The notes under the pieces: model-generated
The model's database searches: none
Told to the model about the DNA's origin: nothing
Seen by the model: the letters and a program-made list of their open reading frames with translations, nothing else
From: the human T2T-CHM13v2.0 reference genome, Homo sapiens
DNA length: 64,000 bases
NCBI RefSeq assembly: GCF_009914755.1
Contig: NC_060936.1
Direction: 5' to 3' (one strand)
In this document: one piece after another, positions 1 to 14,161 of the stretch
Layout of the letters: each line of letters opens with the position of its first letter
Numbering within the stretch: position 1 is the first letter of the stretch
Position numbers and translations under genes: made by a program

Positions 1-336
1 TTAGCCTGATGAATATATAATGATTGTGGAAATTTGCATGTCCCTTATTACTAATGAAATTGAGCAACATTTTGTACATTTATTTGTCATTTAGTTTTTT
101 TTGTTATTTTGCCTAGTTACAATTTTGCCCATTTTTCTTCTGTATTATCTTTTAAAAATTTATTTATAGAAATGATTTTAATATTCCAGTTACCAGTTTT
201 TGTTTGTCCATTGCAAATATCTTTCTCTCTTTTTTGTAATTTTTTTCTTTATAGTTCTTTAGATAAGAAGATGTCCTTAACGTTACATAAAAAATGTATC
301 AATCACTCCTTCATGAATAATTTTGTTTGCACCTTA

Positions 337-680
<344 letters not shown>

Positions 681-1683
681 CTACCTTAAAGTCATATAGA
701 TATGTTTCTCTATTATTTTATAAATACTTATAATTTTACCGTTTTAATATTGGTCTTTATCTGATTGGCTTTAGTACATTTTGTGACTAAGGGTCTGATT
801 TTATTTTACCCTACATGGATATTCAATTTTCCTGGCACCATTTACTTCAAAAGCTGCCATGACTTTACTAATAGATTCTGGTATTTCTGTCATATACAGA
901 TGCCCATACCAATGTGGCCTGACTCTGAGCTCTCTGTCACTGGGCTAGTACCACACTGTTTTATTTACTTCAGTTTTAAAATAAGTCTTGACATCTGTTA
1001 TAGCAAGTTCCCTTACCTTGTACTTCTTCAAAAGTATTTTGGCTATTCTTGACTTTAGAACTTTTGTGTATATTTTAGAATCAGCTTGTCAAACTCTATA
1101 AAATGACTATTGAAATTTTGTTTGCAATTGAATTGAATCCATTCAGCTGGGAAGAATTGACATCGCTATAATAGGGAGCTATCAACCCCTGAACATGTTT
1201 TTAATTTCCATTTATTAGGTCCTTTTTACTGTTTCTCAATTAGTTGCATAAATTTCTCTATAGAAGTCTTATATATATGCTCATTGATTTATTTTTAGGT
1301 ACTTTTTATTTTTGATACTATTGTAAATAGTACCACTTTTAATTTTATTTTTTAATTGTTTGTAGAAATAAGTTTTTATATTGATTTTTGTATCCAGGAA
1401 CAATGCTAAGTTTTCCTCATTAAAAAACTATTTGTAGGTTTTTTTGGATTTTATATAAATGCAGTTATTTCCTCTGTAAATAATGACAGCTTTATTCCCT
1501 TTTTTTAATCCTTATACCTTTTATTTGTTTTTCTTGTCTTATTGTACTAACTAGAACCCCAAAAACAATGTGAATCACCATTGTAACAGTAGATATTTTG
1601 TCTCGTTCCTATCTCAAAGGAAATTATTTCATCATTAATTGTTGTAAGTACCAAAAACCATGTTTTTTAGATACCCTCTAATC

Positions 1684-1911
1684 CAGGAGTTGGCAATCTA
1701 TGTATGGTTCATGGGCCAAATGCAGCCTGCCACCTATTTTTGTAAAAGAAGTTTTACAGAACCCAGCCACACTCTTTCATGTATACATTGTCTATGGCTG
1801 TTTTCACACCATGATGGCACAGTTGTTTAGTGTGACAGAGATCATATGACCTGCAAAGCTGAAGTTATTTATTATTTGGCTCTTTAACAAGAAAAAGTTT
1901 GCCAATTCCTG
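1684..1911. mobile_element. MER58A-like hAT-Charlie MITE
   Basis: Terminal inverted repeats caggagttggcaa ... ttgccaattcctg; ~228 bp; internal sequence resembles MER58A. Confidence 0.8.
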
Positions 1912-2636
1912 TTTTACCAGATTAAAATATTGTTTTCTATTTTTACTAAATATCTTTTATCATTAATAAATATTGAATATTGTCAAATGAGATTCATACA
2001 TTTTGTGCATTGAGATAAGATGATGGTATAGTGAATTAAATTGTCATTCTCGTGTTAAACTAAACTTATATTCCTGGAAGAAACTCTCCTTTGTTAAAAT
2101 GTACTATTTTAAAAACATATTATTGGATTTACTTTGTTACTATTTTGTTAAGAGTTTTTGCATCTTTGTTTATAGTTAGATTGATCTGAATTTTCTCTTA
2201 CTGTTTCTTTGGGTTTTGGTATCAAAGTTATGCCATCCTCTTAGAATGAGCATAAATTATATTTGGATAGCTAGCCAATGGAGCCATTTGTGCCTGGTGT
2301 TTAGTTGTGGGAAGACTTCTTTATTGAATCAGTCTCTTTCATGGTTGTAAAATCCTATTTCCTCTTTCTTTTTGAGTCATATTTTTCTGGGAATTTGTCC
2401 ATTTGTCCTAAATTTATATTTATTGTTATAAACTGTTCATAATATTCCTTAACCTCTTTAATATCTACAAGCTGTTCCTTTTGTCATTTTTAATATGGTT
2501 GTGTCTTCTCTCTCTTTTACTTGTTTACCAGTAGTTTATCGGTTTTATTATTATTTTCAAAGAAGTAACATTTGGCATTGATTCTTTTTATTGTGTGTAT
2601 ACTTTCTAGTTCATAAATTCCTCTACTAATACTTAG

Positions 2637-2944
<308 letters not shown>

Positions 2945-2991
2945 CCTACTTTTTAGGGGTTTAATTTGATGTTCTTTATCTAATTTACTGA

Positions 2992-3303
<312 letters not shown>

Positions 3304-3692
3304 TAGCTCAATTTTTTAGCCTTTATTGTTTCTCAATGTATGCCTTTAAAGACTAAAGTTTCTCTAAAATAAGATGTTCTTAATTTGATATCTTGCATTT
3401 TAATTTTTTTATTTATAACTTTTTCTGATTTGTAAGATGGCTCTAACTCGAGAAATTTTCTAATATTTTAAAAATACTAATTTATAGATTATATTATGTT
3501 CATAAAGCTTTCTCTGTATGATTTTCTTGGAAATTTGTTAATATTCACTTTATCACTCATATGGTCAATTAAGTGTTCCATGTGAACTTATAAAGAATGT
3601 ATATTCTGTAGTAGATTGATACAGTGTTACATATGTCCAAACTTAAGTCAAGTTTGTAAATTTCGTTCTATTGTTCTATATCATTATTATTA

Positions 3693-3987
3693 TTTTTTTT
3701 CTTTTGATACGGGGTCTTGCTCTGTCGCCCAGGCTGGGGTGCAATGGCGCGATCTCAGCTCACTGCAAGCTCCGCCTTCCAGTTTCATGCCATTCTTTTG
3801 CCCCAGCCTCCCCAATAACTGGGACTACAGGCGCCCGCCACCATGCCCGGCTAATTTTTTTGTATTTTTAGTAGAGACGGGGTTTCACCCTGTTATCCAG
3901 GATGGTCTCGATTTCCTGACCTCGTGATCCGCCTGCCTCGGCTTCCCAAAGTGCTGGGATTACAGGTGTACGCCACCGCGCCCAGCC
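3693..3987 (-). mobile_element. Alu (AluY-like)
   Basis: Antisense Alu with 'ctgcaagctccgcc' and retained CpGs. Confidence 0.95.
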
Positions 3988-4014
3988 TATCTCTTTAATT
4001 TTTATGCCTCCTTA

Positions 4015-4886
4015 TGATACGGAAAGGACGTGCTGGGAAGGGAAGAGCGTGGTCCCTTTAAATGATGGGGGAGCTGAAGGGAAGTGCTGGGTACAGGAGG
4101 GTGTGGTCCCTGGCTAGGCCCGCCTCTCCCCGCCAGCCCAACACAGACCTAAGTGAGGACAGACATTTTTGTATTCCTGCCCCAAGTGTTGCATTTCCCA
4201 AGATCACCCTGGCCTGCCATGCCCCCATCCTGTGCCTATAAAAACCTCGAGACCCCAGCGGGAACACACAGGCAGCAGGACGTTGAGAGGGGCAAATCAG
4301 CAGAGGAACACACAAGTGGCTGGACGTTAACAGGGATGCAGTGACAGGCACCAGCACGCAAGCAGGCCACTGACTGGCCGAATGACTTGGAGTATGGCTG
4401 GGGCAGTTGGAGGAGAGCCCGGGCCATCAAGCAGCCTGACTCTGGGGGAAAACCATCTCTCTTCTGGCTCCCCCATCTGCTAAGAGCTACTTCCACTCAA
4501 TAAAACCTTGCACTCATTCTCCAAGCTCACGTGTCATCCAATTCTTTAGGTACCCCAAGACAAGAGGTACACCAAGGCAAGAACCCTGGGATACAGAAAG
4601 CCCTCTGTCCTTGCAACAAGGTAGAGGGTCTATTTGAGCTCGTTAACACAAGCCACCTACTGACAGCTAAACTGAAAGGGCACCGTGTAACACACGTGCA
4701 CTGGGGTAAACATTCATAAACACGCTCAGCTGTAAACATTCACCCCTGGACACTGCCTTGGGGTTGGAGCCACAGCCTACCCATCTGTATGCTTCCCTAG
4801 AGGTTTGAGCAGCGGGGCACTGAAGAAGCGACCCCCACCCCCATCACACACCCTGTGAGGGAGACAAGGGAACTTTTCCTGTTTCA
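4015..4886 (+). mobile_element. ERV1 solo LTR (LTR1/MER52-group)
   Basis: TG...CA termini (tgatac...gtttca), 4-bp TSD ctta/cttg, TATA box 'cctataaaaa' at ~4235, AATAAA at 4499. Confidence 0.85.
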
Positions 4887-5299
4887 CTTGTCCTATGAGT
4901 TAGTGAGAACAGCATGTTAAAATTTCTCACTACAATTTTGGATTTATCTATATTTTTTTGTTTTGTTAATTTTACTTTAAATATTTGAGGCCTATTCGAG
5001 GTTGTATTATTATAGGAAAACTATAGAAGAAAAGAAAATGAGGTTATCTAGGAGGACTCCCTGGAAAAACTCCCTGGAAAAAGTAGAGATTGAGGATTTA
5101 AAATGATAGTCATAAACCTCTATAATTATTTAAAATGCACTAATGTATTCTTTTTTTTAATAATCATCAGATCTGTGAATTAAGAAAGGTTAAAATTAAC
5201 CATACTGATGATTCTAAGGTCAGAATATTGCCCCAAGTCACAGGCTACTTAATGACTGGATCAGGTCCAAGATATGAATTTGTGGAGTCATTTTCCAAG

Positions 5300-5703
5300 C
5301 CTGTGTCACCCCTCTTCCCTTAGCACATCCTGACCCAAACATCCTGCTTGCCTGCTGTGTCTTAAACTCATTAGGACATTCCACCCTCAGGTCGTTGTAT
5401 TTAATGCTCCCTTTTCCTGGGCAGGTAGACATCTGTTCATGTTAGCTCTTCAGAGAGCTCTTCCCTGATCATTCTGACCACTCTCTATTCCCTTAACCTG
5501 TCTTATTATTCTTCAGAGCTCTTAAAACTATCCAACATTATGTTGTCTCTTGGGGTATTAAATTATCATCACTCTCCCTTCTGATATATGAGCTCCAAGA
5601 CACGAGGTTCTTTTTAAAATTCCTTGCAACATTTTCACTGTAATGGCTGACATAGAGTAGGTGATGAGTAATTTTTGGCTGAATGAGTGAATGAATGAAT
5701 GAA
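5300..5703 (+). mobile_element. L2 3' remnant
   Basis: Decayed L2 3' sequence ending in a (gaat)n tail at 5681-5703. Confidence 0.6.
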
Positions 5704-6880
5704 CCTTTTCTTGAAACAAGTATGTTGATTCATCGAAATGGTTTGATCAAGAAATAATTATAGAGGTTTTCTGAGTGCAAATAATTCTTTTTAGCATGAT
5801 AGGTAAAAGCAAGAATAAAACAATATTACAGACTTCAAACTATTTATAATCCAGTTGGGGATAGCAGATATATAGAAATGATATAATCTGAACATGACAT
5901 AAAAAGAAGGTAATACAGGTAATCACAAGATCATGAACAATTAATGGCCAAATATATTATTTAAACAATAAGTGCTATGAAGGCAACACAAGGAAGTGTC
6001 ACTGAATTCTTAGTAATACAGAAAACAAAAAAAAAATTAAGAAAGAGTATGAGCTGGGCATATTACTGGTTGTTCAATGACTGCCTTTTTTGTTAAAAAG
6101 GAGGAGAAAGAGAGAAAGTGGAAATGTATAGTTATCAAGAAGAGAGATAAGCAGAACCTCACTTGTTCCCTTAACCAGGCTATGAGTATCTCTAGGGCAG
6201 AGACAGTATTATATTCATAGCTCATTTACAAGTAGTTAGAAAGCATATCTATATCTATGATATTTATCTGTTTATCTCCATATGTATGTATGTATGCATG
6301 CATGTGTCTATCTAATCTATGCTTGGTGATTGGCAATGGGACATCAAGATGTAGGCATCTCGCAGCCACAGGATTTTGCAAAATGAGTTGGTAAATATAA
6401 AAGTAGGCTGGTAGATTTATGTATCATTATACCCTAAAATTTTATTTTACTTTTTCTGTACCATCTTTTCTCTGGCTGAGAGACAGAGACCTTGGATTAG
6501 TGAACATGCTTAAGACATCACTTCAGTCCCTTGACAAATGAGGAATGGCATTCTTTTTATTTTGATTTAGTTTTCCATTCTTGCTTAACCTGGACATGTC
6601 TACCTTCTGGTTTTCAACATATTATAGATAATTTCTATAGCTGAATCCAAAGTCAAATACTCTAGAAAAAAACTCCCTAAGAAAAAATATTTTACATTGG
6701 ATTTTCAGTGGCATGTGGACATATTTCGTTTCTTACCGTGACTTAGTTTTATCACTTATGACTAGATGATTGGCAGTTCTCAGAAAAATAATGATTCTTA
6801 AATATTTTACACCTTTAAAATAAAATTCTCCCCACCAATTTTTTATTTTAAAATAAATCCACAATAAGAATTTCCTCTTT

Positions 6881-7185
6881 GGCCAGGCTTAGTGGCTCAT
6901 GCCTGTAATCTGAGTACTTTGGGGGCTCAAGACGGGAGAATCCAGGAATTCGAGATCAGCCTGAGCAACATTGCAAGACCCTGTCTCTACAAAAAAAGTA
7001 TTTTTTTTTTAATTAGCCACGTGTGCTGGCACATACCTGTAGTCCCATCTACTTGGGAGGCTGAGGTGAGAGGATTGCTTGAGCCCAGAGTTCACGGCTG
7101 CAGTGAGCTGTGATCACACCACTGCACTCCAGTCTGGGCAACAGAACAAGGCCCTGTCACTAAGATTAAAAAAAAAAAAAAAAAA
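6881..7185 (+). mobile_element. Alu (AluJ-like) with small left-arm deletion
   Basis: 'gaggattgcttgagcccag' J-type right arm; poly-A tail. Confidence 0.93.
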
Positions 7186-7939
7186 GTCTTCATTATTTCA
7201 GCAAACTCTACTGCTTGAAATATTTTAGTTGTTTGACTCTAAATTATATATCGGCATTAAGATGAAGTTTTCTTTAAGAACTATAAGTAATTAAAATACT
7301 GCACTTATTCTTCCTCTTTGACCATAAAACCCCCTCAGTTTTTATTTTTCACCTGACCTAAGAACATATCTGGAACTGTGAGGACTACTGGGTCCTTAGG
7401 GAAGAAACAGATGCCTACTAAATCTGGATAATTTCCTTTCCTAATTAGGCTATTAATAAATGTAGCTTTCCTGTGAAAACTCTTCATGGTTTTTATTACC
7501 ATTTATATGCCAGTGCCTTGCGATTTTATACTTCTGTTTTAAACCTCTCTTTTGAGATTTACGCTTACTTTTCCAAATTCCTGCTCACTATTCATTTAGT
7601 TATTCCACAGGTGCCTCAATATATTTATGTACTTGCACAGGTACCCCCTGAATCTATAAAAATAAACAAATTTTTAAAATCTCAAACTGAATCCATCTAC
7701 TTCCCAATAGACCTATTGGCTCCTTACCCACTATTACCCTATCTCAATTACTGCCACAGCCAATTACCCAAGGCACAAGCTGGAAATCGGGCTTTTCTTA
7801 ACTTTTCCTACTTACAAAATGTTACCAAATTTTTCCTTAGTTATTGCTTGAAAAACTTTCATGTAAATATCTCTTAAATTTCTTCCCTTCATCTTCATTC
7901 CCAGTTTTACCACTTACTTGTTCTATTACTGTTTTGGTC

Positions 7940-8110
7940 TATAACTTTTAGGCAAGTTATTTAACCATTTTCTACTTAAGTTTTCTCATCTGTAAAATGG
8001 GGATAGTAATAGGTCTTACTGTATAGGATTTTTGTGAATGTTAAATGAATTAATACATGTTAATTGCTTAAAAGGGTGTCTAGAACAGAGCAGGTGCCAC
8101 AATATGTTAA
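7940..8110 (+). mobile_element. MIR remnant
   Basis: MIR core 'aagttttctcatctgtaaaatgggga'. Confidence 0.75.
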
Positions 8111-8414
8111 TTTTTTTTTTTTTTTTTTTTTGAGACAGAGTCTCGCACTGTTGCCTGGGCTGGAGTGCAGTGGCATGATCTTGGCTCACTGCAGCCTCCA
8201 CCTGCTAGGTTCAAGCGATTCTCCTTGCCTCAGCCTCCCAAGTAGCTGGGATTACAGGCGCCTGCCACCATGCCCAGCTAATTTTTTTGTATTTTTAGTA
8301 GAGATGGGGTTTCACTATGTTGGCCAGGCTGGTCTTGAACTCCTGACCTTGTGATCTGCCTGCCTCGGCCTCCCAAAGTGCTGGGATTACAGGCACGAGC
8401 CACCGTGCCCAGCC
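8111..8414 (-). mobile_element. Alu (AluS-like) at the MIR 3' end
   Basis: Poly-T followed by complete antisense Alu. Confidence 0.96.
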
Positions 8415-10023
8415 AAGTTGTTTTTATTATTATTGTTATTGCTCTTACTATTGGTACCAACATACCTAAATTCAGGTTCTGATTAACTGCTGTCTAGAGT
8501 ATTTCACCAGCCTCCTAATCTTCCCTTCAGTATCTATTCTTGTTCGTCTCAAATTTGGCTTCAACAACCCCTCAGAGTACACTGTCTAAATCATAAATTG
8601 GACCCTACACTGTTTAAGATAGGTTCTTAATAGTTGCCAAAAGTATCAGTGAAACAATAAATGGATTAAAATGTCTCCAATATCAATGTAGCAAGGTTTC
8701 AATGAACAGTTTTAAAATTATGAATAAATGAATAAAATATTTGGAATACTCTTTGCATTCTCTATATAATTGCTTGTAAGCTTTCAGGTTTGTTTTTGCA
8801 TGTTCTTAATTGTCTTTACTGTGTAATTTTTTATGTATATAATGTCAAAAGCCAAGATCTAGATTTACAATGAGTCTTGTACTGATTTTTCTTGGGTCTC
8901 TCTGTCCTTGCTGATCTCTCATTCAGCTTCCAATTATTTTCTCATTTTGAAGACATTGTCTTTAATTGCTCCAAACACCTTCTTTTTCTACATATCTAGC
9001 TAGATGTGCTTTCCCAGCATAATTACTTTCATTATTGATCTTTCCAAGCACGGAAAAAGAACATCACACAATATTACTTTTGTCGTGGTTGCAAGCACAG
9101 TGTGGTTTATTCTCAGTCTTTACAATATTCTAATCTATTCTAAATGTACCTTTCTTATTTGGTTCAACTAATTATCCACTTGAATTTGCATAAACTCAAA
9201 TCCTAGGAAAATAACATTCTAATCAATAAGTGATATCCAAGGCTGCTCTTCTGCCAAACTCTGAAAAAGCCAAGAGCATCCTCCACTTCCTCTTTCAGTG
9301 CCCTTCCTCTTTTTCGTTTCCATTTCCCAACCTAATGATGTAACCAAGATAAAGACTTCCTCCCAGCTATCTGTTAAAATGTTTTTTTCTGACGTGGATG
9401 AATGATATATGGTCTTAACCTTGCTAAACATGTTTGCATTTCAATTGGAAATTACTGAGAGCTGAAATGCTGTCCAGGGCCAAATGAATATTCTAGGAGT
9501 CGAATTTAAGGCACAGATACCAGGAGATGTCTTGGCACATGAAGGTTTTCCTGGAACTTTCAAAGCATAGTGAAAATGTATTTAGAAAGCCAATCCACAT
9601 TTTCCTTCTAAAGATTGCAAACTTTATCTATTTTTATCGTACATATTTATGGTGGACAACATGAGATTTTGAAATATGCATACATTGTAGAATGGCTAAA
9701 TCAAGCTAATTATGCATTGCGTGACATACCTATCATTTATTTGTGGTGAGAACATTTAAAATCTACTCTTTTAGCAATTTTCAAGTAAATAATAGTTATT
9801 AACTGTAGTCACCATGTTGTACAATCAATCTCTTGAACTTATTCCTCCTGTACAACTGAATTTTGAATCCTTTGACCAATCTCTCCCCTTTCCTACTTCC
9901 CCTTTCCCTCAGCCCTTGATAACCACCATTCTACTCTCTGCTTCAGTGAGTGTGACTTTTTAAAATTCCACATGTATGTGAGATAATGCAGTATTCATCT
10001 TTCTGTGCCTGTTGTATTTCACT

Positions 10024-10812
10024 TGTTAAACACAATTTACAGGAAGCCATTGGTTTGGACCGAGCTCCTGCACTAGGCCCAACAGACTAAACCTAAATGG
10101 AGTTATTCGTGCTAAAGTTCCACACCACCAAGCTGAAATTAAGTTGTTTAGCTGATTCTCCCAGAAATCAGGAGAGATAGTAGTCAAATCCCCAAACAGG
10201 CTAGTTTTACCTGCAGAAGGGAGTCCCCTCTGCTTTAACTTTTATAAGGAAAGTAACTTTGAAACACCCAATCTACTTTTTGTTCTCTGTTTCTGCTCTC
10301 TGTGTCTCTGTTTCCTTTTCTGGGGATAAAGCTAACCTCCTTTGTTCAGCTAATTGAAACTCTATCTATCTATCTATCTATCTGTATATCTATCTATCTA
10401 CCTACCTACCTACCTATCTATTTATTTAGAGATGGTGTCTCACTCTGTTGCCAGGCTGGAGTGCAGCGGCAGCGATCTAAGCTCACTGCAACCTCTGCCT
10501 CCTGGGTTCAAGCGATTCTCCTGCCTCAGCCTCCTGAGTAGCTGGGACTACAGGCACGCACCACCACACCCAGCTAATTTTTGTATTTTTAGTAGAGACG
10601 GAGTTTCACCATGTTGGCCAGGATGGTCTTCATCTCTTAACCTCATGATCTGCCCACCTCGGCCTCCCAAAGTGCTGGGATTATAGGCGTGAGCCACTGT
10701 GCCCGGCCACTCTTTTTATTTTGTAGAATGAGGTGTTGTCCACTTTTAGAATTGCAAATAAAAGCCAATTAAGATCTTTAAAATAAATTTGTTATAATTT
10801 TGTCTTTTGACA
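10024..10812 (+). mobile_element. ERV1 (MER4-group) solo LTR nested in L1
   Basis: tgttaaa...tttgaca termini, 4-bp TSD cact/caat, AATAAA near the 3' end; subfamily not assigned. Confidence 0.78.
10361..10708 (-). mobile_element. Alu (AluSc-like) nested in the LTR; tail converted to (TCTA)n/(CCTA)n
   Basis: Antisense Alu with 'tgttgccaggct'; tetranucleotide tract at 10361-10422. Confidence 0.94.
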
Positions 10813-11677
10813 CAATTTACATAATGTCCTCCAGGTTCATCCATGTAACAAATGACAGGACTTCCTTCTTTTTAAGGCTAAATAATATTCCATTGCATAT
10901 ATATACCATGTTTTCTTTCTCCATTCATCCATTAGGTTGATTCTGTGAATAATGATGCAGTGAACACAAAAGTGCAGAGATATATCTGACATGCTGATTT
11001 CATTTCCTTTGGATAAATATCCAGTAGTAGGATTACTGGTTCATATTATAATTCTATTTTTAATTTTTAGAGAAACCTCTTACTGTTTTCCATAATGACT
11101 GTACTAATTTACATTCCTTCCAACAGTACATGGGTTCTCTTTTCCTCACATACTTGCCAACCAACACTTGTTATCTTTCATCTTTTTGATAATAGCCATT
11201 CTAACCACTCATCGTGGTTTTTATTTGCATATTCCTGATGATTAGTGAAGTCGAGCATTTTTTAATGCATCTGTTGGCCATTTTTGTGTCTCTTTTTGAG
11301 AAATGTCTATTCAGGTCCTTTGCCAATTTTTAATTTTTTTCTATTCGGTTACTTAGTTTCTTGCTGTTGAGTTCCTTGTATATTTTGGCATTATCCTTAT
11401 CAGATATATCATTCGCAAATATTTTTCCCATTCTATAGGCTCTCTCTTCACTCTGCTGATTGTTTCCTTTGCTGTGCAAAAACTTTTTAGTTTGAGGTAA
11501 ACTCATTTGTCTATTTTTGCTTTTATTCCCAATGTTTTGGGGTCATATCCAAAAAATCATTGCCAAGACCAATGTCATGGAGACTTTCCCCTATGTTTTC
11601 TTTTAGTAATTTTATAGTTTTAGGTCTTATGTTTAAGTCTTTAATCCATTTGGAGTTAATTTTGGCATACAGTGAAA

Positions 11678-11737
11678 TTCTTTCCCTCCCTTCCTTCCTT
11701 CCTCCCTCTCTCTCCCTCTTTCTCTCCCTTTCTTTCT

Positions 11738-11820
<83 letters not shown>

Positions 11821-11862
11821 TCCTTCCTTCCTTTCTTTTCTTTTCTTTCTTTCTTCCTTTTT
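11678..11862. repeat. Compound polypyrimidine microsatellite (TTCC)n/(TTTC)n/(TC)n
   Basis: About 185 nt of C and T only. Confidence 0.97.
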
Positions 11863-12192
11863 GCATACGGATATCCAGTTTTCCAAGCACCATATATTGA
11901 AAAGATACTCTATTCCCCATTGTATGTTCTTGGCACTTTTATTAAAATCAATTGGCTATAAACATGTGGATTTGTTTCTGGGCTCCTTATGCTGTTGCAT
12001 TGATCTATGTGTCTGTTTTATGCCAATAACATGATAGAGCTTACAGACTTTAAGAGCATAGCCTGGATTTCATTATCTTGTATCTTTCCACAGTATGCCA
12101 GGAGCACAACAAAGATGACTAGGGCATGAAGAAATACAAGCTGAGATTGAGAAAGAAAACTTAGGCCAAAAATCTGGAAGTATCCTTTAAAC

Positions 12193-12705
12193 CAGGGGTC
12201 CCTAATTCCTGGTACTGGTTCATGGCCTGTTAGGAACCAGGTCGCACAGCAGGAGGTGAGTGGTGGGCTAGTGAGCAAGGCTTCATCTGTATTTATAGCC
12301 ACTCCGCATTGCCTACTTTACCGCCTGAGCTCTGCCTCCTGTCTGATCAGCAGTGGCATTAGATTCTCATAGGAGCACAAACTCTATTGTGAACTGTGCA
12401 TGGGAGGGATCTAGGTGGCATACTTCTTATGAGACTCTAATGCCTGATGATCTGTCACTATCTCCCATTACCTCCATATGGGACTGCCTAGTTGCAGGAA
12501 AACAAGCTCAGGGCTCCCACTAATTTTATGTTATGGTGAGTTGTATAATTATTTCATTATATATTATAATGTAATAATAATAGAAATAAAGTACACAATG
12601 AAGGTAATGTGCTTGAATCATCCTTAAACCACCCCCAACCTTGTCTGTGGAAAAACTGTCTTACACAAAACCTGTCCGTTGTGCCAAAAAGGTTGGGGAC
12701 CACTG
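12193..12705 (+). mobile_element. MER1A hAT-Charlie DNA transposon
   Basis: TIRs caggggtccc ... ggggaccactg; 8-bp TSD ctttaaac/ctttaagc; 513 bp. Confidence 0.9.
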
Positions 12706-13089
12706 CTTTAAGCTAACATCCAATTTATCACACTGAACCAAATATGCATTCAACTCCATAGTATGTCTTGAGTTGATTTTTCTCCCATGTTTTTACCACC
12801 CTCTAATTTTGCTCAAATTCATCATCATTTCTTCACTGTACCACTGAATGAGCTTTCTAATTGGTCTCCCCCTTTTATTATTATCCTTTGCAATTCATTC
12901 TTCATACTAGTAATCAGTAAGTAATTTATTTAAAATGTAAATGGAATCATGTAATTTTCTTGCTTATGTTTCAGAGGTTCGCAACTGTGCTTAAGATAGA
13001 ATACAAACTCAACATTGTCTTTGAGTCTTTGCAGGCTTCAGCTCCTGCCTCTCCCTCTAGCTTCATCTTTTTCATTTTGTCTTATTTTC

Positions 13090-13400
13090 ATCTTTTTTAT
13101 TAAGGTATAATTTACAAATAAAAATTGCATATATTTACAGTATACCACATGATGTTTTGATATAGGTATACTTTATGAAATATTTAAATAAAGCTAATTA
13201 ACATGTCCATCACCTCACACTTACCATTTTTTTTGTGTGATGAGTACATTTATGATCTAAGCTCTTATTAATTTTAAAGTATAGGATAAATTATTATTTA
13301 CTGTGGTTACCATGCATTACAGTAGATCTCCAGAACTTATTCACCCAGTCTAACTGAAACTTTGTACCGTTTGACTGACCAGCATCTCTCCACCCCGCAC
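13090..13400 (-). mobile_element. L1MA 3' tip inside an L2 remnant
   Basis: 'agtagatctccagaacttattcacccagtctaactgaaactttgtacc' L1MA 3'UTR phrase. Confidence 0.75.
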
Positions 13401-14161
13401 TGGCTCCCGCCGTGCCCTCCCCTCCCCCGCCCCAAACTGCATGACCTCCAGTTTCATCTTGTACCATCACTCTTTGCTCAGAACCAGCAAACACAGCTGG
13501 CCTCCTTCCAAAGCTCAGGAGCACTGAGCCCTTTACTGAATCAGGACTTTGCACTCATGCTGTTCTGCCTAGAGCACTTTTCACTCCACTCGCTGTTCAG
13601 GTTTCAGCTGCAGGTCACTTCCAGGAGAAACTTTCCTAGATACACCAAATCAATTAGCCTCCACCTGTTTATTTTTCTCATTCATTTTCATACCCAGATA
13701 TTTTACTTCACAGTGGTAGTCTCAATTGGTAATTATGTGTATTTATTTATTAATTATTTATATCTCTCCCAACTAGACTCCCAACTCCCAATTATACCTT
13801 TTGCTCTACTTTTAACTCTTATCTGAGGCCCCAATACTTTTGTGTGTTTTTCTTCATTTTAAGTTAACCGATTTGATTGTCTTTTTTTGTTTGTTTGTTT
13901 TGTTTTCTCCACTAAACTGTGAGCTACACTGCTGGGCCTTTTTTCTTTTTTTCAATTTAATGTATCACCAAATCTTTGCAGATAGTAGTTACTCAATAAA
14001 TGATGATGATAATTAAATTGTGCCAGTGTATATACCTTGGTGGTCCTAGGTCCCATTGCCCGGTGACTGAAAGAACACAACATGGGAAGCAATAAGCTTC
14101 TAGAGGCTTGAATATGCATGTTTTTAAAATTGTATGCAGTATACGCCTGTACATATGGGAT

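Larger units (their letters stand above)
9625..12035 (-). mobile_element. L1MA-type 3' fragment, interrupted by an LTR (itself holding an Alu) and a (TTTC)n tract
   Basis: Antisense L1 3'UTR and ORF2-end sequence is continuous across the insertion ('gtatttcact' ... 'acataatgtcctccaggttcatcc'). Confidence 0.88.

Noticed and set aside
5056-5082. 13-bp tandem duplication actccctggaaaa
   Set aside because: A common isolated slippage duplication with no further structure.
11560-12034. K/E/R-rich and F/L/S-rich ORFs
   Set aside because: Translation of the (TTTC)n microsatellite.
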